From the sequence record SRR22947727_4385: a DNA stretch of 53,713 bases. One strand, given 5' to 3'. The translations under genes were made by a program, and so were the position numbers. The notes under the pieces were generated by a model that was given only the letters and a program-made list of their open reading frames with translations, made no database searches and was not told the DNA's origin. This document shows positions 1 through 9,545 of the stretch, one piece after another. Numbering within the stretch: position 1 is the stretch's first letter; each line of letters opens with the position of its first letter.

Positions 1-193
1 TCTGTTTGGGAGGAGAGCGAGTCTAGCCACTAAAATGTACACCCCATATTGCCACGGATCACACCATGAAAACCATACCAATCGGCTGTCCCAAGCGGGC
101 GAGACTGCTGGCCTAAAGAATTGCGCCGATTGGCCGGTGCATCCGCATAGCCAAAGCAAGCTTTAAAGGGCAGCTTGGCTTTGTACAGAGTGT

Positions 194-1348
194 TCAATTT
201 GAGAGCGCGGCGGCCGTGATCTTTTTCTTCGGGTCAACAAATGGCCGTTCAACCACCAATGCGGTGCGGTGCTCCGCCCCCGCAAGAACACGCAGCTCAG
301 TTCCCAAGGCAGTACGATCTAAAGACACCATCGCAAGCGCAATATTTTTCTGCAAGCGCGGCGAGAAAACCGCAGAGGTCACCTTGCCAATCGTTTTTCC
401 CTTATCTGTAATGGCCCAAAAACTGGTATTGGGTCCCGTCAAAGGCGCGCCATCCAAAACCAAACCAACTTGTTTGCGCTCTACCCCTTTGGCCTTGATA
501 CGGCGCAGCGAAGATTTACCAATAAAATTCGCCTCGATATCCAGGTTAACCAACCGGTCTAAACCCAGTTCAAACGGGTTCGTGTGAATATCCGCATCCG
601 CATGATAAGATAGCATTCCCCCTTCGATGCGCCGGATTGAAGACGTGTGCCCCGGCTTCAGACCAAACCGAGCGCCAGCGGCCATGATGCGCTCCCAAAG
701 CTCACTTCCATAGGCCCCATCCCTGAGGTAAATCTCATAACCCAATTCGCTTGACCAGCCGGTGCGTGACACAAGCAGTGGAATGCCCTCAAGCTCAAGC
801 TCGCGCAACCAATAATAGCGCAGATCTTCTATAGATTCTCCGAACAAAGCCTTCATGATTTTCCCAGAATTGGGGCCCTGCAATTGTAACGGGGACACAT
901 CCGGCTCACAAATACTTACATCCAAGCCCGAATGTACGGCCACCCCCTGCGCCCAGAGTAAAATATCGCTATCCGCCAAGGAAATCCAAAAATGATTTTC
1001 TGCCAGTCGCAAAAGAATTGGATCGTTTAACACCCCACCATCGGCATTTGTGATAAGAATGTATTTACATTGACCCACCGCCATTTTGGAAAGATCGCGG
1101 GGGGTTAACAGTTGCACAAACGCTGCCGCATCAGGCCCTGTCACTTCAACCTGCCGTTCAACGGCGACATCGCATAGGATTGCTTCGTTCACCAAATTCC
1201 AAAAATTCTGCTCAGGATCTCCGAAGTCACGGGGGATATACATATGATTATAAACCGAAAACCCTTTTGCCCCCCAGCGAACTGTGGCGTCAAAATAAGG
1301 AGATTTTCTAATCTGAGTTCCGAAGCCAAACTGATCTGTTGCTGTCAT
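194..1348 (-). CDS. GcvT-family THF-dependent aminomethyltransferase/demethylase, DmdA-like
   Basis: Motifs SVYNHM, DVAVERQVEVTGPDA, EPDVSPLQLQGP, SRTGWSSELGYEIY and GKVTSAVFSP are typical of the GcvT/DmdA fold. No gcvH/gcvP neighbours in this window. Confidence 0.85.
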   Translation of the reverse strand: MTATDQFGFGTQIRKSPYFDATVRWGAKGFSVYNHMYIPRDFGDPEQNFWNLVNEAILCDVAVERQVEVTGPDAAAFVQLLTPRDLSKMAVGQCKYILITNADGGVLNDPILLRLAENHFWISLADSDILLWAQGVAVHSGLDVSICEPDVSPLQLQGPNSGKIMKALFGESIEDLRYYWLRELELEGIPLLVSRTGWSSELGYEIYLRDGAYGSELWERIMAAGARFGLKPGHTSSIRRIEGGMLSYHADADIHTNPFELGLDRLVNLDIEANFIGKSSLRRIKAKGVERKQVGLVLDGAPLTGPNTSFWAITDKGKTIGKVTSAVFSPRLQKNIALAMVSLDRTALGTELRVLAGAEHRTALVVERPFVDPKKKITAAALSN

Positions 1349-1644
1349 GATCCCTGCCTTTTCGTTTGAAATTTGGGTAAGCTCTGCCCAGTTAAACGCA
1401 GCGAGTATTAGAACGGATCATTTTACTTAACAGGGTCAAAAACGCCCTAAATTCTGACGAAAAAGACCCACCAACCTTTCAAAGGGCAACACTGTTTATC
1501 CGCGCTGATTAAATGCAGATTATGCTCTAAAATATCGCTGTATCCTGCATTAGGTGGAAGGCTTGCCATCACCAAAGCACAAGGGGCACTGGGCATCCTG
1601 TCTCATACACCACCTAAAAATGACTTGCCAAGCGCGCCCAATTA

Positions 1645-2211
1645 CCTCGCCTGCCCCAAGATGCCGCTTACGCCAAGATTTGCGTTAAGGTTTTATTTTA
1701 TGCTTATTTTATATCTACTCGCCTGCGTCAAATATCTTAAGGCCCGTATTATATACCAAAACTTGGGTCGCGCCATCCGCGTCAGCACGCGAGTTCATCA
1801 CCAATATCAGCTCAGACCCGCAGCGTGAAAAGGTAAAAAAATGAGGCAGGCGGACATTCTACACCGATGAGCTTAAACAGGCAGTGCAAAAACCCGTCGC
1901 GCTGGCGCAGCAGCTGTTTATGCGCCACCTCAAGCAGGTCAGGATTGCCTGACCCCGAATAGACTGTCTGACCGCCTCGCGTCTTGCGGCGCCCTGCGCA
2001 CGATGCGGTTTCCATCTCACGGCTCAGCCAAATTGTCACATCGCCGCGCTGATGCAGGCTTTTATTACAGCCGGGCCAGTTTGTGAGCCGATATCGCGTC
2101 TTCTCGACCGCTTCTCGAAGGGCGCCATTTGATTTATACGGCATCCTCAATATCGAATAGATCAAGAAAGCCCCTTCTTGACGGAGCCGCTAGGATCCTT
2201 GCAACAAGGCC
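1645..2211 (-). mobile_element. Degenerate IS5-family (IS903 group) insertion sequence remnant with transposase pseudogene
   Basis: From ATG 2144 the minus strand reads MPYK..RYRLTNWPGCNKSLHQRGDVTIWLS..RGGQTVYS. After a frameshift it reads PHFFTFSR..VYNTGLKIFDAGE*I*NKHKIKP*RKSWRKRHLG, matching the IS903-type DSTGLK.FG.GEW..KHG..RR.WRKLHL with three stops. An IR-like GGCCTTGTTGCAA lies at 2211-2199; no right IR found. Confidence 0.85.
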
Positions 2212-2212
2212 C

Positions 2213-2434
2213 TTAAACAGCCCCTACCAAATTTGGATTTGTCTGCATTTGGACGGCTTTTTCTTCATCCGCAGCATCCATTTCAGCCAAAACTTGAGCT
2301 TTGATTTCGTTCACATAGGTTGCGCGGGTGAAGCCGATATCTTGCAGCTGATGATCGCTTAAATGGCTGAGCGTTTCAAAAGCAGCACTAGCTTGGCGTG
2401 CCACGATCAATGATTTAAATATTTGTCTAAGCAT
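2213..2434 (-). CDS. DUF1127 small protein
   Basis: LSHLSDHQLQDIGFTR matches the DUF1127 core (L..LSD..L.DIG..R); C-terminal NPNLVGAV. Start set at ATG 2434 with GGAGA RBS. Confidence 0.85.
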   Translation of the reverse strand: MLRQIFKSLIVARQASAAFETLSHLSDHQLQDIGFTRATYVNEIKAQVLAEMDAADEEKAVQMQTNPNLVGAV

Positions 2435-2514
2435 CTCATTCTCCATTGCTTGAATTGCCGCCTAATTAGGCACTTTCTGCATGAGCAACATCATCCAAGT
2501 TAGAATTGCCGCCA

Positions 2515-2527
2515 TGCAGCATTTGCA
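2515..2527. promoter_or_regulatory. Putative LysR-type (T-N11-A) site upstream of the DUF1127 gene
   Basis: TGCAGCATTTGCA is T-N11-A with a TGCA dyad, about 80 bp upstream of the DUF1127 start. Confidence 0.4.
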
Positions 2528-2622
2528 ATGCTCGCTGGCTCATACCGCCACTGGCATTAAACGGGCGCGTCAGCTAAAATTTTTCGGGCAGAGACAGTTT
2601 TTGTTAAAGAGAGGGGACTGAG

Positions 2623-3288
2623 ATGTGTGGAAGGTTTGCCATCACCATACCGCAAGACGCGCTGGTCAACCTGTTTCACGCAACGCCCGCAAATGACCTG
2701 CCAAGCACGCCCAATTACAATGTCTGCCCCACTACCCTTATTCACACGCTTATTGCGGCCGACGGGATGCGACAACTCAAACCAATGCGCTGGGGTTTTA
2801 TACCAAATTGGTACAAAACAATGGCGGGAGGCCCTTTGCTAATCAACGCAAGATCAGAAACGATCGCTGAAAAACCGGCATTTAAAGAGGCCTGTCGATC
2901 AAGACGCTGTTTAATCCCCGCAGACGGGTTTTATGAGTGGCAGCGCGTTGCAGGTCAAAAGCCGGTGCCCTACCGCGTCATGCGCTCGGATGGCAGCCCG
3001 CTTATAATGGCGGGGATATGGCAAAACTGGCAGTTGAATGGCGCCGAAATAACCAGCTGTGCAATCGTAACCACCATTGCCAATCCCAAAATGGCACGGA
3101 TCCATCACAGATTGCCTGTGATCCTTGAGCCCGAGGACTGGCCCCTTTGGCTGGGCGAGCAGGGAAAAGGCGCATCAAAGCTTATGAAGCCGGTTTCTGA
3201 TAAGAGTTTGGATATCAAAAAAGTGTCAAGCGCAGTGAATTCAAACCGATCAACGGGTGCAGAATTATGGCAGCCCGTTTCGCCCTAA
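2623..3288 (+). CDS. SOS response-associated peptidase (SRAP/YedK/HMCES family abasic-site protecting protein)
   Basis: N-terminal MCGRF (catalytic Cys2), YNVCPT, MRWGFIP, INARSET, RCLIPADGFYEW, IHHRLPVIL. Confidence 0.95.
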   Translation: MCGRFAITIPQDALVNLFHATPANDLPSTPNYNVCPTTLIHTLIAADGMRQLKPMRWGFIPNWYKTMAGGPLLINARSETIAEKPAFKEACRSRRCLIPADGFYEWQRVAGQKPVPYRVMRSDGSPLIMAGIWQNWQLNGAEITSCAIVTTIANPKMARIHHRLPVILEPEDWPLWLGEQGKGASKLMKPVSDKSLDIKKVSSAVNSNRSTGAELWQPVSP

Positions 3289-3568
3289 CGCAACTGCAAC
3301 AGCAAACCCGAACAATGAAGTAGCGCCGCGCATTTTGGTTTCTAAAATCGGCCAATGCGCAAATCTACGGATGTAAAAAAGGATGTATAAAACGCCCTCA
3401 TTCGATATCTGGCATGACCATTTCATAGGAAATAGTCGCCTCAAAACCCACGTAATGCTCTCAGAAGTTGCCCCCCCCCCGAAACCCAAAAATCAAAGCT
3501 TTATCAAACCGGGGGCTTGCCCAACCGAAAAGCGCTTGGCGTATTTTTTCGCCGTTTAGCGAGATCAA

Positions 3569-4792
3569 TCAGACCAAAAGATCATGCGCCAAATGCAGCC
3601 CATCCACCAAGCGGTCAACCTCTTCGAGCGAGTTATAAAAGGCAAAAGACGCCCGGCATGAGGCGGTGACGCCCATGAACTCCATCAAAGGTCCCGCGCA
3701 ATGCTGGCCTGCCCGCACCGCGATGCCTTTTCGATCCAGGATCGTCGAAATATCATGCGCATGCGCGGCCCCCTGCAAAGTGAAGCTGAAAATCGGACCC
3801 TTATCCTGCGCTGCGCCTTGCAGGGTCAGCCAATTCAAACTGCCCAACTGAGATTGCGCATAATCGGTAAGCGTCTTTTCATGCACCTGAATCGCCTCAA
3901 ACCCGATGCCCATCATGTAATCCAGCGCCACACCAAATCCGATGGTTTGCACAATGCCGGGGGTCCCAGCCTCAAGCATCATCGGCGGATCATTATAAAT
4001 CACGTTGTCTTTATGAACTTCTTTGATCATATCGCCGCCGCCGATAAAGGGGCGCATTTCCGCCATCCGTTCAGCGCGCATAAAAATCGCCCCCGACCCT
4101 GACGGGCCGCAGAGTTTATGCCCGGTGATCGCGTAAAAATCACATCCGATATCTTGCACGTCAACAGCGTGATGCACCGCCGCCTGCGAGCCGTCAACAA
4201 GCACAGGAACACCCCTGCTGCGGGCATGATGACAAATGGTTTTCACATCCACCACGCTGCCCAGCACGTTTGACATATGCGTGATCGCAATCAGCTTGCT
4301 GCGCTCGGATATGGCATCGATAACCGCTTGCGGGTCTAAATTGCCCTGCGCGTCGATATCGACCCATTTCAACACCACCCCATAGCGCTCGCGCAAAAAA
4401 TGCCAGGGCACGATATTGGCATGATGCTCCATCACCGAAAGGATAATTTCATCGCCTGCGGTTAAATTTTCCATTGCCCAACCGTAGGCCACAGCGTTTA
4501 TGCCTTCTGTCGTGCCCGAATTGAGCACAATCTCAGTTTCAGCGCCGGCGTTTAAAAACCGCGCCACAACGCCGCGCACCGCTTCATATTTATCGGTTGC
4601 CAGATTGCTAAGATAATGCAGGCCACGATGCACATTCGCGTATTCATGCGCGTAAGCTTGCGTCACCGCATCGATCACCACCTGAGGCTTCTGCGACGAA
4701 GCGCCATTGTCCAAATACACCAAAGGCTTTCCGTTTACTTCACGGCTTAAAATTGGAAAATCTGCGCGAATAGAGGCGATATCAAAGGTCAT
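3569..4792 (-). CDS. sufS: Cysteine desulfurase SufS (group II)
   Basis: LVYLDNGASSQKP, ANVHRG, MEHHANIVPW, TGHK (PLP Lys), RAGQHCA catalytic Cys; last gene of the suf operon. Confidence 0.96.
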   Translation of the reverse strand: MTFDIASIRADFPILSREVNGKPLVYLDNGASSQKPQVVIDAVTQAYAHEYANVHRGLHYLSNLATDKYEAVRGVVARFLNAGAETEIVLNSGTTEGINAVAYGWAMENLTAGDEIILSVMEHHANIVPWHFLRERYGVVLKWVDIDAQGNLDPQAVIDAISERSKLIAITHMSNVLGSVVDVKTICHHARSRGVPVLVDGSQAAVHHAVDVQDIGCDFYAITGHKLCGPSGSGAIFMRAERMAEMRPFIGGGDMIKEVHKDNVIYNDPPMMLEAGTPGIVQTIGFGVALDYMMGIGFEAIQVHEKTLTDYAQSQLGSLNWLTLQGAAQDKGPIFSFTLQGAAHAHDISTILDRKGIAVRAGQHCAGPLMEFMGVTASCRASFAFYNSLEEVDRLVDGLHLAHDLLV

Positions 4793-4798
4793 AACAGT

Positions 4799-5371
4799 TT
4801 AGGTTCCCAAGAAAAATAAAGTGGTTAGCATCGCCAAACTCAGTACCCCGAGCATGCTGCCCAGCAGCGAAACGAACGTTGCCTTGATCATATTGTCAAA
4901 CCGATGGGCCACATCGATAAAGGTGATAAAAATCCAAAATGACCACCCAATCAGCGCCAGTTGAAAAAAGGCCGCAACCGGTGGCATGGTGAGTAAAAAG
5001 AGGTAGGATATAATTTGCAATGCAAATTGTAGCACCTGCATCCAGGCCATCAGCGCCATAATTGATTTAAAATCACCCAAGCCCTGCAGCTTCTCGCCAA
5101 TCCAAGCAATGCCAAACGCGACCGCAGTTGTCACAACAAAAATGACAACGCAAATTTTCCAAGGTACGCCAAGGATCTCAACCGCCTCGGCGCTTTGCGG
5201 CAAAATGAAATCAATGGTGAACATCAAGGCGGTGCTGGCGCAAACCATCGCCAGAAACAAAGAAAAGATCGCATCATAAGACAGGTTGAACGCAATCACC
5301 TCTTGCGCCGCTTCTCTGGGCTTTAAAAAACTATCTTGAAAAAGCCGCTTTATCATCAGTTTACCCGTCAT
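4799..5371 (-). CDS. YIP1-family membrane protein
   Basis: Multiple hydrophobic helices, KPREAA N-terminal motif, lies between sufD and sufS. ATG 5371 overlaps the upstream stop (ATGA). Confidence 0.75.
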   Translation of the reverse strand: MTGKLMIKRLFQDSFLKPREAAQEVIAFNLSYDAIFSLFLAMVCASTALMFTIDFILPQSAEAVEILGVPWKICVVIFVVTTAVAFGIAWIGEKLQGLGDFKSIMALMAWMQVLQFALQIISYLFLLTMPPVAAFFQLALIGWSFWIFITFIDVAHRFDNMIKATFVSLLGSMLGVLSLAMLTTLFFLGT

Positions 5372-5853
5372 GGGGCCACCGACCGCGCCGCGCGCAGCCC
5401 CGCCGCCAAAAACCAAAGAAACACCGCGAACCAAACAAAGCCAACGGCTTCTTTAATCAAAGTTTGACCAAAAAACCCTGTGATCAGCCCATGCAATAAC
5501 ATCAAGGGCGCGGCGGCTAAAAACGCCCAAAAAAGAACAACGCGAACGCTATAGGCCGACAATGATGGCCCAAAAACGCCCCAGACCCATTTCACCAGCA
5601 AGGCCAGTATGTAAAACATCAACGGGGCCAAAAAGAACCAGCCAAACAGCGCGCCCCCCAACAGAATGTCCAAAGCTTTTTCTTCAAGATGCGCTTGTCG
5701 GGCAAGGCCCGGCCATTGCGCCAGAAAGGCCAATACGCAACCGGCGGCCAAAAACGCCAAGGCGCGATCTTCACGCGGCCCCGCTTGCAACAAATCGCTC
5801 ACCACTTGGCCTGGCTTGGTGTAGCTTCTTACGATATTTCGCAACATTGACAT
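5368..5853 (-). CDS. YIP1-family membrane protein
   Basis: GPREDRALAFL motif, 4 hydrophobic segments, ATG 5853 just after the sufD stop. Confidence 0.75.
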   Translation of the reverse strand: MSMLRNIVRSYTKPGQVVSDLLQAGPREDRALAFLAAGCVLAFLAQWPGLARQAHLEEKALDILLGGALFGWFFLAPLMFYILALLVKWVWGVFGPSLSAYSVRVVLFWAFLAAAPLMLLHGLITGFFGQTLIKEAVGFVWFAVFLWFLAAGLRAARSVAP

Positions 5854-5855
5854 GC

Positions 5856-7139
5856 TTAGCTGCGCCGCCGAGCCAGCCACGCCTCTAATTGCTCAAGCAT
5901 AGCGGCTGACAATATGTCATTGTCAATTTCATCAAGCGCTTCTGCGAGAAACGCCAAAGTCAGCATATCCACCGCCAGCGGCGTGGGAACACCGCGCGAG
6001 CGCAGATAAAACAGCCCATCTTCATCAATCGCACCCGAGGTGGACCCATGCGAGCAAATCACGTCATCTGCGTAGATTTCCAGCTCAGGCTTGGCCAGAA
6101 ATTGGCTGTCTTCATCCAGCAAAAGCGATTGGCTAATCTGATAACCATCGGTTTTTTGCGCGCCAGGTTTGACAAGGATTTTGCCTTGAAAAACGCCAAC
6201 AGCCCCGTTCCGCAAGACTTTTTTGAACACCTGTCGGCTTTCGCAATTCACCGCATCATGAGTGATAAAAACCGTATCATCATGATGAAACGCCCCATCC
6301 CCCACGCAGGCTCCTGCAACATGCGCAACCGCATCATCACCCTTCAAGCTCAAAACGCAATCATTGCGGGTCAAAACGCCATTCACCGTTAAGGTAAATG
6401 ATTTGAAAACGCTTTCCCGGCCCAAAGAAGCGAAGATGCTGCTGCAGCAGCGTTGTTCATGATCGCGGCCCTGCGCCCGTATGTGATGGAATTGCGCTTG
6501 ATCCGCGACCTCAACCTCCATCACCAGATTGCTGCGCGCGGCGACAGGCCCGTTTTCAACCAACGTCAAAGACGCGTTTGGTTCAAGCTTGATCAGGTGG
6601 TGCAGCATCACATCGGATAGCGGATTTTCATGTCGGTACACGATATTTAAAATGGGCTTTACCGCAGCGGTGACATGGATCAATACACCATCGCTCGCAA
6701 ACGCGGTGTTAAGCGCGGCCAAAGGCCGTTCCACCGGAACCTGCCCCTGCGCCTCTAAGGATCCATAAACCGGCTTTGCCCAATGCAGATCTAAATCTTG
6801 ACAAGCGGCCAGCCGGTCGATTTGAACCCCAGAGCCAATCAAATCATCCGAAGCCTCGGGGTCAAACAACCCGTCAACGAACACAATTTTAAGGCGCTCG
6901 AGATCACCGCAAAGCGCCGCTTCGGGCAGACCTAAAACTTGAGCCGGCGCAGCCTCGGGCGCCACCAACGCCGCGGGGTTGGTATATTTCCAATATTCAT
7001 CGCGCCGGTCGGGCAATCCCATCGCGTTTAAAGTGTTGAGCGCCGCAGCTCGGGCCGAAGCACTCCAGCCCGTATCGATCGGCTGCATCCTAGATAGACG
7101 CGCCTCTAATGCACCCAGTTTGACTTGTGGCAAGGCCAT
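5856..7139 (-). CDS. sufD: Fe-S cluster assembly protein SufD
   Basis: EYWKYT, VFQGKILV..GAQKTDGYQ, KPELEIYADDVICSHGST, FYLRSRG. Confidence 0.96.
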   Translation of the reverse strand: MALPQVKLGALEARLSRMQPIDTGWSASARAAALNTLNAMGLPDRRDEYWKYTNPAALVAPEAAPAQVLGLPEAALCGDLERLKIVFVDGLFDPEASDDLIGSGVQIDRLAACQDLDLHWAKPVYGSLEAQGQVPVERPLAALNTAFASDGVLIHVTAAVKPILNIVYRHENPLSDVMLHHLIKLEPNASLTLVENGPVAARSNLVMEVEVADQAQFHHIRAQGRDHEQRCCSSIFASLGRESVFKSFTLTVNGVLTRNDCVLSLKGDDAVAHVAGACVGDGAFHHDDTVFITHDAVNCESRQVFKKVLRNGAVGVFQGKILVKPGAQKTDGYQISQSLLLDEDSQFLAKPELEIYADDVICSHGSTSGAIDEDGLFYLRSRGVPTPLAVDMLTLAFLAEALDEIDNDILSAAMLEQLEAWLARRRS

Positions 7140-7894
7140 TAAGCAACCTCCGCCAAAATATCAGAGTAACCGTTATTCTCCACTTCCAGCGCCAATTCGG
7201 GACCACCTGTTTTTACGATCCGCCCGTTTGCCATGATGTGAACAACATCCGGTTTGATATGATCCAGCAAACGTTGATAATGCGTGATCACCAAAAAGCC
7301 ACGGCCTTCGTCGCGCAGAGCATTCACGCCTTCGGCGACCAGTTTCATCGCATCCACATCCAACCCGCTATCGGTTTCATCCAAAATACACATTTTGGGT
7401 TCCAACATCGCCATTTGCAAAATCTCATTGCGTTTTTTCTCACCCCCAGAAAACCCAACATTCACCGGCCGTTTCAGCATATCTGCATCGATTTTCAGGG
7501 TTTTCGCCTTGGCGCGGACAAGTTTCAAAAACTCGGCAGCGCTCATTTCTTCTTCGCCCCGTGCCTTGCGTTGGGCGTTCACCGCGGTGCGTAGAAACGT
7601 CATATTTCCAACGCCGGGGATTTCAACCGGGTATTGGAAGGCTAAAAACAAGCCGGCAGCCGCGCGCTCTTCAGGGTCCATTTCAAGCAGATCAACAGAA
7701 TCTAATGCCGCGCTTCCGTCCGTCACCTCATAGCCATCCTTACCGCTTAAGACATAAGACAAAGTGGATTTTCCAGATCCGTTCGGCCCCATGATCGCGT
7801 GTACTTTGCCCGCTTCAACCGTTAAATTCACGCCTTTTAAAATTTGCTTATCTTCTTCTTCCAACGACACGTGAAGATCTTTAATTTCTAACAT
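7139..7894 (-). CDS. sufC: Fe-S cluster assembly ATPase SufC
   Basis: GPNGSGKST, FLAFQYPVEIPGV, FSGGEKKRNEILQ, LDETDSGLDVD, ITHYQRLL. Confidence 0.98.
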   Translation of the reverse strand: MLEIKDLHVSLEEEDKQILKGVNLTVEAGKVHAIMGPNGSGKSTLSYVLSGKDGYEVTDGSAALDSVDLLEMDPEERAAAGLFLAFQYPVEIPGVGNMTFLRTAVNAQRKARGEEEMSAAEFLKLVRAKAKTLKIDADMLKRPVNVGFSGGEKKRNEILQMAMLEPKMCILDETDSGLDVDAMKLVAEGVNALRDEGRGFLVITHYQRLLDHIKPDVVHIMANGRIVKTGGPELALEVENNGYSDILAEVA

Positions 7895-8001
7895 CTCTTA
7901 CCTCAAATTGATTGATTAACGGGTTTGTTCTTCCACTCTGACACACCCGATCTAACGTTTTCATCACACGCAGCTTGCCCCGGATCGCCACAACGGCGCG
8001 G

Positions 8002-9525
8002 CTAGCCCACCGAGCCTTCCAGACTGATCGCAACCAATTGCTGCGCTTCCATCGCAAACTCCATCGGCAAAGCCTGCAAAACATCTTTACAAAAGCCATT
8101 CACAACCAGCGCGACAGCCTCTTCTTCATCCATTCCGCGCTGTCGACAATAAAACAGCTGATCATCATCAACCTTTGACGTGGTCGCTTCATGCTCAACG
8201 CGCGAAGAATTGTTCTTCACCTCGATGTAAGGCACCGTATGCGCCCCGCATTTATCACCGATCAACAGACTATCGCATTGCGTATAATTACGGCTGTTTT
8301 TGGCCTTGGGATGCATTGAAACCTGCCCACGGTAGGTGTTTTGCGCCACGCCTGCAGAGATCCCCTTCGAGACAATCCGAGATTTTGTGTTTTTACCTAA
8401 ATGGATCATTTTTGTGCCTGTATCCGCCTGCTGGTGATTGTTCGCGATCGCGATCGAATAAAACTCGCCCTGGCTTTCATCACCGCGTAGAATGCAAGAG
8501 GGGTATTTCCAAGTCACGGCCGACCCGGTTTCAACCTGCGTCCACATGACTTTGGCGCGATCGCCGCGGCAATCTGCACGTTTGGTCACAAAGTTGTAAA
8601 TGCCACCTTTGCCTTCCTCATCGCCCGGGAACCAGTTTTGAACCGTCGAATATTTAATTTCGGCATCTTCTAGCAACACCAACTCAACGACGGCCGCGTG
8701 CAATTGCGTGGTGTCCCGCTTGGGGGCCGTGCAGCCCTCCAGATAGCTAACATAGGCGCCCTTATCGGCGATGATCAGTGTGCGTTCAAACTGACCGGTA
8801 TTTTCCGCATTGATGCGAAAATAGGTAGACAGCTCCATCGGGCAGCGCACGCCCGGTGGAATGTAAACGAATGAACCATCCGAAAATACAGCGCTATTCA
8901 ACGTGGCATAGTAATTGTCAGACACCGGCACAACCGAGCCAAGATATTGGCGCACCAATTCGGGGTAGTCTTTGATCGCTTCGGAGATCGAACAGAAGAT
9001 CACACCCGCTTTTTTCAGCTCTTCTTTAAACGTGGTGCCCACAGAGACACTGTCAAACACCGCATCGACTGCCACTTTACGGCCCTCGGCGGCAACCTCT
9101 TGATCGGATTCCACTCCGGCCAAGATCATTTGTTCCTTCAATGGAATCCCAAGCTTTTCATACGTTGCCAAAAGCTTTGGATCCACCTCATCCAGCGATT
9201 TTGGCTTTTCAATCATTGATTTGGGGCGCGCGTAATAATATTGATCCTGAAAATCTATTTTCGGGTAGCTGACCATCGCCCAATCCGGCTCTTGCATTTG
9301 CTCCCAGCGGGCAAAAGCTTGCAAACGCCACTCGGTCATCCAGTCCGGTTCATCATTCTTTTCCGAGATCAGCCGCACGATATCAGGGTTCACGCCTTTC
9401 GGAGCGTATTCCATTTCAATCTCGGTATCCCACCCGTATTTATAGGCACCGCCAACTTCGCGCACCGCGTCAACAGTTTCCTGATCGACACCCTCTTTGA
9501 CGTCCATTTGATCCAAAGCAGCCAT
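8002..9525 (-). CDS. sufB: Fe-S cluster assembly protein SufB
   Basis: [57 protein letters not shown]. Confidence 0.98.
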   Translation of the reverse strand: MAALDQMDVKEGVDQETVDAVREVGGAYKYGWDTEIEMEYAPKGVNPDIVRLISEKNDEPDWMTEWRLQAFARWEQMQEPDWAMVSYPKIDFQDQYYYARPKSMIEKPKSLDEVDPKLLATYEKLGIPLKEQMILAGVESDQEVAAEGRKVAVDAVFDSVSVGTTFKEELKKAGVIFCSISEAIKDYPELVRQYLGSVVPVSDNYYATLNSAVFSDGSFVYIPPGVRCPMELSTYFRINAENTGQFERTLIIADKGAYVSYLEGCTAPKRDTTQLHAAVVELVLLEDAEIKYSTVQNWFPGDEEGKGGIYNFVTKRADCRGDRAKVMWTQVETGSAVTWKYPSCILRGDESQGEFYSIAIANNHQQADTGTKMIHLGKNTKSRIVSKGISAGVAQNTYRGQVSMHPKAKNSRNYTQCDSLLIGDKCGAHTVPYIEVKNNSSRVEHEATTSKVDDDQLFYCRQRGMDEEEAVALVVNGFCKDVLQALPMEFAMEAQQLVAISLEGSVG

Positions 9526-9545
9526 TTTGGCCTCCTTATTATTGG

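Noticed and set aside
1625-1828. 67-aa plus-strand ORF
   Set aside because: Antisense to the decayed transposase.
2530-2622. LexA box upstream of the SRAP gene
   Set aside because: No alphaproteobacterial GTTC-N7-GTTC or GAAC-N7-GAAC motif found.
3471-3480. C10 homopolymer as a phase-variation tract
   Set aside because: It lies between two convergent gene ends (SRAP and sufS), not in a credible CDS or promoter.
3265-3489. 74-aa minus-strand ORF
   Set aside because: No recognisable motif or RBS, and it overlaps the SRAP 3' end.
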